Part shown: piece by piece, positions 26,423-37,854 of the stretch
Numbering within the stretch: position 1 is the stretch's first letter
Layout of the letters: every line of letters starts with the position of its first letter
From: Trichosphaerium sp. ATCC 40318
Taxonomy: Eukaryota > Protista > Tubulinea
NCBI GenBank assembly: GCA_038496445.1
Contig: JALMLS010000466.1
Span: 62,001 to 126,000 of the forward strand
Length of the DNA stretch: 64,000 nt
Direction of reading: 5' to 3'
Made by a program: the position numbers and the translations under genes
Notes under the pieces: model-generated
Database searches by the model: none
Told to the model about the DNA's origin: nothing
Seen by the model: the letters and a program-made list of their open reading frames with translations, nothing else

Positions 26423-27467
26423 ATGTCACAATCATCCCAAGAAACCAAAACCTCTTCATTTACTAAAATACTAGTTACTGGTAGCTCTGGTTACCTAGGA
26501 GCTCATCTTGTTGGAGTTTTACAGCAAAGAAACAGCTACATTGTTGTAGGCGTTGATATAGTCCCAAGTGATACCACAACTGTCGTTGGTTCTTTTGGTG
26601 ATGCCGAGCTTATTCGTAAAACGCTAGAAAAATATAAAATCGAAGCTATTCTCCACGTGGGTGGGTTACACAAGCCAAACATAAAGAATCATACAAAACA
26701 GGATTTCATAGACGTTAACGTCAGTGGTACACTATGTCTGCTTCAAGAGGCTGTTCGTTGTGGCACTGTACGTTCGTTCGTCTTTACTAGTTCCACGAGC
26801 ACCTTTGGCATGGCTCTTCATCCAACCAGCGACGATCAAGATACTATATGGATAGATGAGACAGTACAACCAATACCAAAGAACATCTATGGTAAAGAAT
26901 AGTTAGAGAATTTTCTTCTTTATTTCCTTCCCATTGAAAAAGAAATGATTTTTTCTTACCTTGTTGTTTTTTGTAGGTGTTTCAAAGCTTGCTGCTGAGA
27001 ACCTTTGTAAACTTATATCTTCTCAGAATGATAAATTTGATGTGGTCGTGTTAAGGACATCTCGTTTTTTCCCTGAAGATGACGACAACCCTAAGAGAGT
27101 TACCAAGTTTGGCGATGCTAATTTGAAAACCAACGAAATGCTTCATCGTCGGATTGCTCTTGAGGATGTTGGCGCAGCTCACTTGGCAGCTTTAGAAGCG
27201 TCTCCTAGATTAGGATACAAGATTTATATATTGAGTGCGACAACACCTTTCACTAGAGCAGATGTAAGCCAGTTGAGGTATAACTCTATAGATGTTGCAA
27301 GAAGAATTTTTAATAATCTCGATACAATCTACGCCGAAAAACAGTGGTGTTTTGAAGGGTATTCTATTGAAAGAGTTTATGATAATTCACTAATACTAAA
27401 AGAAATACCTGAATGGAAGCCAAAACACTCGTTCAAGACTTGTCTTGAAGGAAAGACAACTTTCTAA
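26423..27467 (+). CDS. NAD(P)-dependent epimerase/dehydratase (extended SDR), single intron
   Basis: ILVTGSSGYLG; DVNVSGT; FVFTSSTSTFG; the YxxxK motif (NIYG|VSK) is split by the intron at ~26892-26997; LRTSRFFPEDD. Confidence 0.9.
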
Positions 27468-27767
27468 ATAAATAAATAAAATAAACAAAATTATTTCCAA
27501 ACAAAGAATATCCACGTGGCACGCGCGTGCCTTTGTTTTTTTAATTCACCCTGAAGTAGGCGTGTTAAACTGAAGTATTTTCTTGAAAGGCTGTGAATGT
27601 GTTTAGGGCTTACACACGTGCGTTTGTTTTGAACCTCTTAAAAATTTTATTAGCATTACAGTACAACTTACAAGCGTTTATGAGCAATTCCAAATTAACA
27701 TTAACTGGTAACAATGCTTGTATGTTCGTTTAAATTAGCAGTATGATCAGTTTTTAACCATGTTATC

Positions 27768-29783
27768 TCAATAAAAGCAGTAGGAGGATACAACAGCCCA
27801 AACTTTATAACATGCTAAACAGAAAGTACACGTTAGTAACACGTGATCAACGTATAAAAATAGATTTACTTTCAGGTCAAAAAAAACCTTTCTTATTACT
27901 CACCTCTAAGTGGACATGTACAGCAGGATAATCAGAAGCAAGCTCTTTGATAGCATACATTATTTCTTCAGCTTCCTTTGTACTTCCATATTGAACAAAA
28001 ATCTTCCAAAGAGAAAGTATCTTATAAACAGCAATAGGATATATCCGTTTCCCTTTTATCATTCTCATAGCGATAAGCCTTGCTTTCTCAGCGTACTTCA
28101 ACGCTTCAGCTGGTACATTGAACAAATTGTAAGCTCTAGCAATACTAACACATGCGTAGAAATGATAGATAGAGTATTGAGGAACAGAAGTAATGATATG
28201 GTCCAATACGCGGATATAACGAAAGACAGCATGCCAATGTAGTACATCACCAGTTTGAAACCAAAGATTTACCTGTACAATGGATTTTTAGAAGAGACAC
28301 TGAAGAAATGTTGGTTTTTTTTTTCCTTTTTCAGCTTACCTCCACTTCTATTAATCCCTCAACGATCAACTTTAGCAACAATGTGTCTCTGTAAGGTATA
28401 TTTTTCTTGTGCTCGATAGAACCTGTGCTATACTTATTATACATGAGACGTAACGTGTGCTTCTGCCATCGCCTATCCAAAAAGTACTCCTTTGTCATTT
28501 TGAAGTATTTGTATGTTGTCATACGAAGTCGGTATATCCGAATATACTCAGCCATCTCCTGAACTTCAGAACCTACATTACCACTATTAGCTACACTAAT
28601 GCATGGCCCATAGAATCGCACTGTATTTATGCCTCCTAGCGGCCATGAGGAAGACCAACATATCATCGGCAAGATCTAACATTGTATAGCCTCTGAGATA
28701 CTCTCCTGTAGTAACGAGATACGTTGACATTACAACTAATCCAGCTAGCGCACGTAAAAAGGTAAGTAATTTATCACAAGCTTGAAGAGATAGTACACAA
28801 TTGTAAAGAACTAGCGTACCAGCTGTAACTACATTAGGAATGTCTGGAAGAGAATTGAGTATTTTCAACGCTTGAGCTGCGAAGTCCTTTGCTCTCTTCT
28901 TACTCCGGCAACTCAATTGTTGTAAGGCCAGTACAGCGTATGAACGGAACGAAGAAGGCGTATCTAAGAAGAATAAACTGCATTACCGGGCGGAACTGAT
29001 CGTACTTTTGTGTTCAAAAAAATCATCAAAACTAAGCGGAGGCTGACATAGAGGAATCTCTGCACCCATCATTGTTTTGAATAGATCGATTTTACTGTAT
29101 ACATCGTAAGAATGAACGAGTTTAGCGTTGGGTAACATAACGAATTTCTAGTATAATAAAAGCCACGTGTTAGTATCGTGATAACGATAGGAGTCATATA
29201 TCTTTTTAATTAGTAAAGAGTACCTGTCTTGGTAAGTTTATAAGTTTTCTTTTTCTAGAATTCGTTGTATTCAAGTTCCCTGTATTGCTGAGAACGATGA
29301 GTCTCTTCAACTTTGCTTGAATGGAGTGTTGCTCCATTATAGCGTTTTCTAGAAGCTCTATCTTATGTACTAATGCCTCTTTTGTTGATCCTCGAATACC
29401 AAAGGTTAGTTACGGTAACCAAACGAATTTTGAAGTTTGCGTTTGTTTTTTTTTTTTCGTTCTTGTTTATCATTAATTTTTTGACACTATTATCACGTGA
29501 TTTTTTCACTCTATTGCGTTTGTTTTAACAAATGCTTAAAGAGTTTGGGGTTTTTCTATTAAATAGACTCGAGACGATTTAGTATGTTTTCTAGAGTACC
29601 TTTTTTTCTTCCACTACGCTGTTGGATTGGATATAAACATAATTTATTCGATTTAACGCAATAACCTATTTGTAAAACACGTGTCAGCGAATCGATACGT
29701 TTTTCATGTTCTAAAATACCACAGGGACGTTTATGATCACAACGTGCATGTTTTTTCCTGCAAGCAACACAAGCAACTTTCAT
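27768..29783 (-). CDS. Zn(II)2Cys6 binuclear-cluster transcription factor with a helical C-terminal region
   Basis: MKVACVACRKKHARCDHKRPC|GYCVKSNKLCLY gives C-x2-C-x6-C-x5-C-x2-C-x6-C across one intron. The 3' end is approximate. Confidence 0.85.
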
Positions 29784-30642
29784 CGTTTTGACTAAGGTGT
29801 TTTTTTCTTGTTTGAGGTGGAAAAATGGGAGACGAACATTTAATACCAAAAAAGTCATAGTTCGCTCAACGCAGATAACAGTTCACAATCATATAGTTGC
29901 CTCACCTATGTTTTGAAACACTTGTAAAACTCTGACATGTACATAAAGAGCCAGAAACCGAAGAAGAACTCAGAACTTCTTTGTAGTTTAAAATCACCAA
30001 GAAACTGGCAACCTGAAAGTACTGCATAACCGCCAATTGTTATTTGATCTAGAGCGGCGAAACTAAAACTCCATTTCACTGTCATGACTGCGCCTTAAGA
30101 GAAGAAGAAGAGAACGCTTTAAGAAATATTCTTTCTTTGACAGTTCTGTCTGAATTTCGCCAGAAAAAACAATTATACAAGCTATAAGTAGTGTTTTAAA
30201 GGGTACAGAATTCGCGAGCTGTCAGCCAAAGTTCACATTATTTTTGAAGTATCTTCTCACAAAGCTCATGGAGGTAATTTGTTAACTACAGATCCTGCGA
30301 GATAGAGTAGAATGATCGCGAATAAAACCAGTGGACAAGTCGTGCAGTAAATGTTGTCACATGACATTTTTTTTATCTTTTTTAAACCTCTGAGAACTCA
30401 GATTACTTTTACACCACTAAGAGATCGCTCTAACTACCAGCATTGTAGCCGTCATTATGTCTCACACCAAACACAACTATGTACTAACTATAATGGAGGT
30501 TTTATGTAGCTAAATACTCCGCTAACGAGGTGTTAGTGTCCTGGATGCGTAGTATTCAGTTTTCATCTACGGTAAAAATGATTATGCCACAGTTGAAGCT
30601 TGTCTAATAACCTCCCCATGACCTTTATCAACTAACACAATT

Positions 30643-31170
30643 CTCATGCTAACGAATACTGCATATAGAATAAACTATTAACGACATGAAGGAACACAAA
30701 GAATGTTGCTACTATGCCTGTAGAAGTCAACCATTGCAATGAAAAGTGGATAGCCACAAACACCAGTGTGCCAACACAACCCAACCCCGTGATCAATGAA
30801 AGTACATCCTAACAATACAGATTGATGTACATGTCTTGCGGCAAGGTATTTCTTAGGTACAACCGTTTACGGTGAAGTATAAAAAATGCAGTCTTTGAAT
30901 TCAAGAAGACGTTGTTTATACCTTATTGTCTAGGCGCAAAGACGATGAGGGCTACCAGCGCTAGAAAAATTGAACTCCATAACTCTACGAATAAAGAAAT
31001 AGACGCTCGTGGAAGGACACGCGTCCAGCTGACGGTACAGACAAGGAGGTTTAGGAGATAACCTGAAATATGTTACTTTAACATTGCACAGAAACTCTAT
31101 AAGTAGTACACTCCTCCTAACCATTACTATAACCACATTGCTGCACGCAAACATTATAAAAACAACTAGC
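30643..31170 (-). other. Possible small multi-exon membrane-protein gene or remnant, unassigned
   Basis: AG-preceded hydrophobic segments on the minus strand (GYLLNLLVCTVSW..LFVELWSSIFLALVALIVF; DVLSLITGLGCVGTLVFVAIHFSLQWLTSTGIVATFFVFLHVV). No consistent full splice path was found. Confidence 0.25.
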
Positions 31171-31573
31171 CGTATAATCCTACGTGACATCATGTAATAA
31201 AGTTGATAAACAATCATGTTTGAGCGAACTCGGGTTTCTTGGCCACGTTAGAACCTATCCTTTTCCAACCTACCACACATTTCAATTTCAAGGACAGCTT
31301 TGGGGGTATACATCAACGTCAAGCGGTGCTTAATGTTGTTCTAGCAAGACAGCGTACAAGTTGACATAAAAATAGTCACTTGAACGGTTCAACACGTGAA
31401 CCCAAACGTTGCGAAATATTTTAGTGCGAACGATACTGACTAGATTTACCTTGCTGAATGTTGAGCACGTCTGGAAAGTAAAATTTTTTGGACAGTGACT
31501 ATTTAGGAAAGTGTTAGAAACTCATGTCAAAAAAAGTCTAAACAACTTCGTTTATACACGCTGCAAGGAAGTA

Positions 31574-33562
31574 ATGTCCTACCCAACGCCACTTATCGCT
31601 ACCACGTTCATAAGACGTCGACTCGTTCGCCCGCCATTTTCAACATACAATCTACCAACCTCACACGTTGACGCCCGTCATACACTCAAGCACGTGACAG
31701 AGATAAACAAAAAAAGTATTTTGTATTTTCCAAATTGATTTATAATAAAAAAGGACAACATTGATAGATGGAGGAATACTAAGCGTAGTTGGTGCTTCAG
31801 GCGTAGGTTAGAGTTAATTTAAAAAGAGCGCGTAATTGATTTTAAACAAGGGAAGCACACGCTTATAAAAACGACCATAGACGACATCAAGAGTGCATCT
31901 GAACGCTTCATTAAGTAAAACTAAAAAGAAAAAAAGTTGTTTTTTTTAAATGATGTAGATGTATTTCAGTGTCAGGGTTATTGGTGTCCGCGCATAATAT
32001 GATATCAACTAGAAGAGATATAGAAGCGTGGACAGCAATTCAACTTGGTATTATAAATGATGCAAAAGACTCTGCACGTGATTTCTTTGACAAGCTGTTT
32101 TTAAAAAAGTCCTCTATTAATAGACTATCGCTATCTCTCCTTTTTGTCATCAAGTAATATACTTCTTACTCTGAATAAGGATGGAGGCATAATAAAGGAA
32201 TACTTGGATAAACACACAAACACGAACATATGTTTTATTGTTGATCACTTCCACTTGTTCACAAAAGTTCGTCAAACTTTCATTTACTGTCTTCTAGAGC
32301 TTGCAGACTCAATGGTACGTTACATGATAATCCCTGTTGATAAAAACTAACACTCACTTAAGGCCGGAAGAATTTCTGTTATTTGTGTATCCAGGCATTT
32401 GGTGCGCACTTTTTTTTTTGGGTAATTTTTTTACAAAATTTATTTAGGACGTACTTGATTCTTTGGAAAAAAGGGTCAGGTCACGTTTCAAGCAACAACA
32501 AGTACTGATAGTCAATAGTTAATAATTAACACTGACATATTTCGTGAAAGATTGTTATAACACCTCTCATCACAAGTTGTAATGATGCGAAACTTTTTAT
32601 ACAAGCTGGATTAACTTTACCAAACGATTTTCCCGCTGAAGAATACCGTATAAGGTTTAATAACCATATCAGAAAACTTCTATCTGTACCAGAGATTAAT
32701 GAACTCATCAAAGCGGAGATTAACTGCCATAAAAATGCTCACAGGTTGATCCAATTGATGGTACTATTGTAGAAAAAAAACACCTTTGATTTTAACTTGT
32801 TTTCTCTTTTTAGTTTCTCATGACATCGCAATTATCTGAGTACCATAAAGCACCCACGGTAGGTGATATGGTAAAGGCGTTTAAGATGTTGAATCCGAAA
32901 ATCAACGTGAACATACTCTCTGGTATGATTGCAAACAAAAGCATAACGTGATATAACTTTTATTTCCATTTGCTAGGTTGCACGATGCTTGAACTTTTTC
33001 TCGTAACAACGATGCTTAAAATGAGGCAAAAGGTACTTGGTAATCCTTTTAAACAAAGTCGACACTAAAAACAGCGACTGCCACTTGTTATCACTAAAAG
33101 TTTTTGAGGACTTGGAAAAACCGTCTTTTGAGCAAGTTTTTCAGGAGTACCGAGACTTCATCCTAAAGAGACAATCAAAGGTAAGTACTAGTTGATTTAT
33201 TATCAATCTCACTATTTATCATACTATTGGCCGAGTTACGAAAACTCAAAGCCAAGATAGAAGTGGAATCACGTTTCTTACTTTTTTCTTCTAATTGTTG
33301 TATACTGTATCACTAATCTGCTCTTAAATAGTCTGATATGCTTGGTATATACTTATATGAGAAGCCTCTCTGTATGAGAGCTTTTGAGCAGTTGGAGCAT
33401 ATGAGTATTATAGGAGCTGTTAGAAAAACAAGCAGACAAGAAAAGAGATTTGAGCCAATGAGACTTCAAGTATTACGTAATGAGATAATTGAAGCAATGT
33501 CAATGCCAACAGCAGATTGTCCAAGCATTCTATTAGAGTGGGCAAGCCGTTGGGTCGATTAA
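31574..33562 (+). CDS. ORC4: Origin recognition complex subunit 4 (divergent)
   Basis: GASGV|GKHT, RQTFIYCLLE, DVLDSLEKRVRSRF (arginine finger), MLELFL, FEQVFQEY, YEKPLCMRAFEQL and CPSILLEWA appear in ORC4 order. Confidence 0.85.
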
Positions 33563-33987
33563 TTAAGCGACAACAAATTCACTTTGCTAGCAAGAACTGA
33601 ATAAAGCTATATTTATAGCCGGTTTTACATCCAGTTTTTTCATGCATATAGGTTTAGCATGAACACCTGAGATTGCCTTAACTCCTTTGTGATGCCATAA
33701 CAGCATGCAAGATTAATAGTATGAACACCTTTTCTGTTAGCTGTTATTTACCTTTAAGCGGTGAAGGTATTGTTTAGACATTAGACGTTGTATTCAAGTA
33801 AGTAATAGTAAATAAGTGAATGCCCAGGAAACCATGTTTTATTGGGCGCTAATCACTATAAGATTGCGGTTTACTTGTACTTTTGTTTGAATGGATGCGG
33901 TAATAACGATTGAAAAATTGTTTATTGCTCTTTGGTTTCAACGCTGAAACTGTACTTTTTTTGGCGTTCTGCCATTGAAACATAGTT

Positions 33988-35798
33988 TTAATTCTTCTTT
34001 TTAGATCCAGGTGGTGTAATGTGTCCATGACTAATCAAATCTGCTACAGTATCTACATGAATTGTTTTAATGTACAAGCAAAGAACTAAGAAAGAAACAA
34101 GAAAAAAAAAGCTAACCAAGAATACTCTCATTTATCTCCCTGAACTCCACTCCTAGACCTTTTACCTTACTATTATCGTACTCTGGAAATTTACCTTTAA
34201 ACAGCACGTTAAAATAAACAACCAAAATAAAAATTTCAAAACAACACTGTGTTGTCTTTGCAAACAAAAAAAAAACTCAAATCCTTACCAACATTTGTTT
34301 TGATATAATCTTTCATTCCTTTCTTTTCAAAATTCGCCATGAACTTTGTTAATGTAGCACCTGATTTACAATCCAAGTTGAGTGTTGGTATCTTCTTGTA
34401 CTTGGGATAGTTTGTTTTTAAGAGTTGAACAACCTACAAAAATCATAACGTATCAGCAAAAGGGACCAAAAAAAAAAACAACAAGAACTCACATCTCTCA
34501 TCGCAACAGTTTCATTACAAGTCAAGTATCTACCACTTGCATCTTCTTTTTCCATAGCAAGTACATGAGCCTTAGCTACATCTCTAACATCAACCATTCC
34601 CCATCCTAAAGCATAGTGTAAGCTTGTTGAGAGTCCTCTACAAAAGAAAAACTGAACTAAGGTTGTACCTAAGTGTAAGATTGCTGGCATTCCTCCCATC
34701 ATTATATTTTTAAGTATCTTGTTACTTTCATTCAACGACGTATTAAGCGCAGGACCAATGACAACGAAAGGCTATGAAACAACCAGTTAAATCCAAGAAA
34801 ACAACGTTTGTACTTTGCAAAAAAAACACCAAAAAAAAACCAAAAAACTGGAACTTACATTTATAACAACTAAATCCATGTCATTATCTTTAGCATACTT
34901 CCATCCTGCTTTCTCAGCTTCAACTTTACTGAAGTAATAAGGATTTCTGGTAAGTGAAGACTAAAACAAACAATCAACAAAACCACCATGGTAACAATAT
35001 TTAGCAATCTACTGGTTCTCCAAAAACACGTGATTTCTTCATGCCCAGCTTCGCGAAAATAGTGCAAACTCTAATTAAACTTACCTTTGTGTTCCAATCT
35101 GCTTCAGTGTATTTTTTAATAGGTTCATCTGTAATAGCAGCCTACAACCAAAACGTCAAAAAACGCCTTAAAAAGCAAAAAAAACAATCTCAAAAAAGAG
35201 TGCTTTACGTACCATAGAAGATGTAAGAACAACTCTCTTTACACCAGCAGCTTTAGCAGCTTTCATTACATTAAGTGTACCGTTAATAGCAGGATCCTAA
35301 AAGACATGTTAGTTCAAAACCTTGATTTGTCTAAAAAAGGAAAATTGGCAATATTTCGTAAGATAGTGGTTTCGAAGTTTGGTTTTTTTGTAACGCACAA
35401 CGAGCTCTTTTTGGGGATCTGTTACGTCAATAATGTATGGTGAAGCCATATGCATGACGTAGTCACAACCTACACCGAAAATAAGGATAACTGACTTCGT
35501 AATTAAATAAAACCGTTTTCTTACCTTGTATGGCATCGTCAAAAGCTCCAGGAGTCATCAAGTCCGCTTTAAATAGTTCTAAATCGCCTTTCATCGATTT
35601 GAGGTGTTGGACTTTTTTTGCGTTTGTTGGATCTCTGCATGACCCTTTAACCTTATACCCCTTCTCAAGGAGCTGTTTAATAACCCATGAAGCAATAAAC
35701 CCTTCAAGTAGGTCACAAAAGCAGGAAATAGCCAAAAGTACCTGTAGCGCCTGTAACGCATACTGTAGTTTTTGAAGATATCATTTGTTCCTTCTGCA
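33988..35798 (-). CDS. Dihydroflavonol-reductase/cinnamoyl-CoA-reductase-like SDR
   Basis: VCVTGATG|FIASWVIKQLLEKGYKV, GCDYVMHMASP, DPAINGTLNVMKAA, PYYFSKVKAEKAGW, GMVDVRDVAKAHVLAME. Confidence 0.92.
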
Positions 35799-36250
35799 TG
35801 TTGTTTTGTATTGTTTTGTTTTAAACCGATTTAACTAAAAGATTTTAAGTCAATTCTGAAAACACTGCGAGTTTTCGGGCGAACTTTTACTCGTTTTCGT
35901 GAAAAATACTTACAATTTTAAAACTTCAGAATCTATTGACTATTCCGAATCCACTAAGTGTCAGTCGCAGCTAATCAAAAATTTTCCACCAGTTTCCCCG
36001 CATCGGATATTTCGACTTTGGTGTTTAAGATAAACAGAATTCGTATTTCTCTCGAAGTGTCAGACACGTCAACGGCATAGAACCAAATAGTAGTGTTTAC
36101 AGGGATGTCGTTTTCGGCGAGGAAATGTGAGCAAGCTACAGAATTCGTTTAAAAAAAACGGCCGAGGAACCGGAAACGAATTCATTTTGTACTCTTGTCA
36201 AACTTATTAATATCATTACTAAACAATTCAAACACATAGAACAACACACC

Positions 36251-36990
36251 ATGTCTTCAAAGATCCTCTTTATCATCACAAATAACTCCAAGATGGGTAA
36301 CAATACCGAATACGCTGTTCTCACTAAAGCTGGTTTCGCAATTGACTTCTCTTCGTAAGACACCTTGTGATGTCGGTAGTGAGCAATACAAAGACAAAAT
36401 GAGGCATCAAAATCACACCTCCTGACGCTAGTATAGCTTTTACAATGACGCTGATATTCAAAAGCGCATGCAAAATACACTTGTCACCTCGAAAGTGAAC
36501 CCTGCCGATTACGTCGCTGTTTTCTACCCAGGTGGTCATGGACCAATGTGGGATCTTCCTGAGGATGAAGCTGTAGGTGCAGTTGCAGCAAAGGTATACG
36601 AGAATGGTGGTGTAGTAGCCGCTGTATGCCATGGACCAGGTACCTTTCAAACGAATTTGGATTGCTAGCGTCTCTTTCTGTTTTTTCGTCTTCTGTTCTA
36701 TCTCTTACCGTGTTCTTCTAGTTGGCCTTGTTCCTATCAAGCTATCCAACGGAAAATACCTTGTTGATGGAAAGAAAGTAACATCATTCACCAACAGTGA
36801 AGAAGAAGTTATGAAAATGACTTCAACAATGCCTTTCCTTCTTGAAACAAAATTAGGCGATTGTGGTGCTAAATTCGTTGGGCCAGATTGGCAAAATCAT
36901 GTTGTTGTTGACGAGCGTCTTGTAACTGGACAAAACCCTGCATCTGCTACTAGTGTAGGTGAAGAGATGGTCAAGTTGCTAAAAAAGTAA
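36251..36990 (+). CDS. DJ-1/PfpI (Hsp31/glyoxalase III-like) protein with a degenerate 5' region, possibly a pseudogene
   Basis: [24 protein letters not shown] (catalytic Cys-His), [22 protein letters not shown]. The N-terminal TGW..E..HP segment is missing and the reading frame is broken at 36355-36440. Confidence 0.75.
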
Positions 36991-37774
36991 GCCAATAATT
37001 CTTATGGAAAGAAGGAAAAAAAAAAGAAAGAAATGTCTTCGGTAACTTGTTGTTATCGTCCTCTTTTTTCTCTTGTTAAATAAACAATGTAGTTGTTAAA
37101 ACTAGTATGATTATTTTTGGTTTTCTGCAGTACACTATTTATGGGATATGTAAAAACGTGTTGAAAGTCAAAGTCACGTGCACTATAAAAAATTTTATCA
37201 CGAAAATTGTATTTTATTCATTTTTTTGCTGTTGTGCACTTCGTAATGTCGCTTCATCAATGATTATATACCAAATCCGCAACCTTAATGTAATAGGGCT
37301 AGTTTTATGATAATTTATATTATTAGTTCATGCAATGAGCAAAAAAATTGTTAGAAGTTTAACTTTTTGAGTAGCATACTGGTGATTGAGGGTGCTTTGC
37401 ACATGCAATACTGGCTAGTCTTAATACCTTTTGTTCAACAGTTAACTAGGCTTAATAGAAGCCTTTAGCTACTTTAATTGTTGAACTGTTACCATAAGCT
37501 AAAGCTCAAAGTGAGCGACATGCCAACCTTGACAATTCGTTTGTAAATTGTTTCTTCTACATACGCTGAACTACTAGCACAACCTTCATAGCCTCATTTC
37601 CAGGTCAAGTAAGATTTTAAAGGTCGTACTTCGTTCAACGGCGATTCTTTTTGCTCTTTCTAGCACAAAATCTCCCCACTATAGCATGAAATGTCTCAAT
37701 TAAAGACAACAAACAAACATCAAAAAAAACATTCTGGTTTTTTTAATTAATTTTGTACAATGTAATTTCATCGT

Positions 37775-37798
37775 GGTCTCCAATATATATTGGAGACC
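37775..37798. repeat. Perfect 24-bp palindrome GGTCTCCAATATATATTGGAGACC
   Basis: Directly self-complementary. It lies ~57 nt downstream of the stop of the minus-strand gene ending at 37855. Confidence 0.9.
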
Positions 37799-37854
37799 TA
37801 CCCTCCCATTTTTCCAGAACCAACTCTTAATATTAAACACAGATGTCTATTTGC

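Noticed and set aside
27768-29783. Zn2Cys6 factor as evidence of fungal origin or contamination
   Set aside because: The family is known in several protist lineages, and the gene's intron style matches its neighbours.
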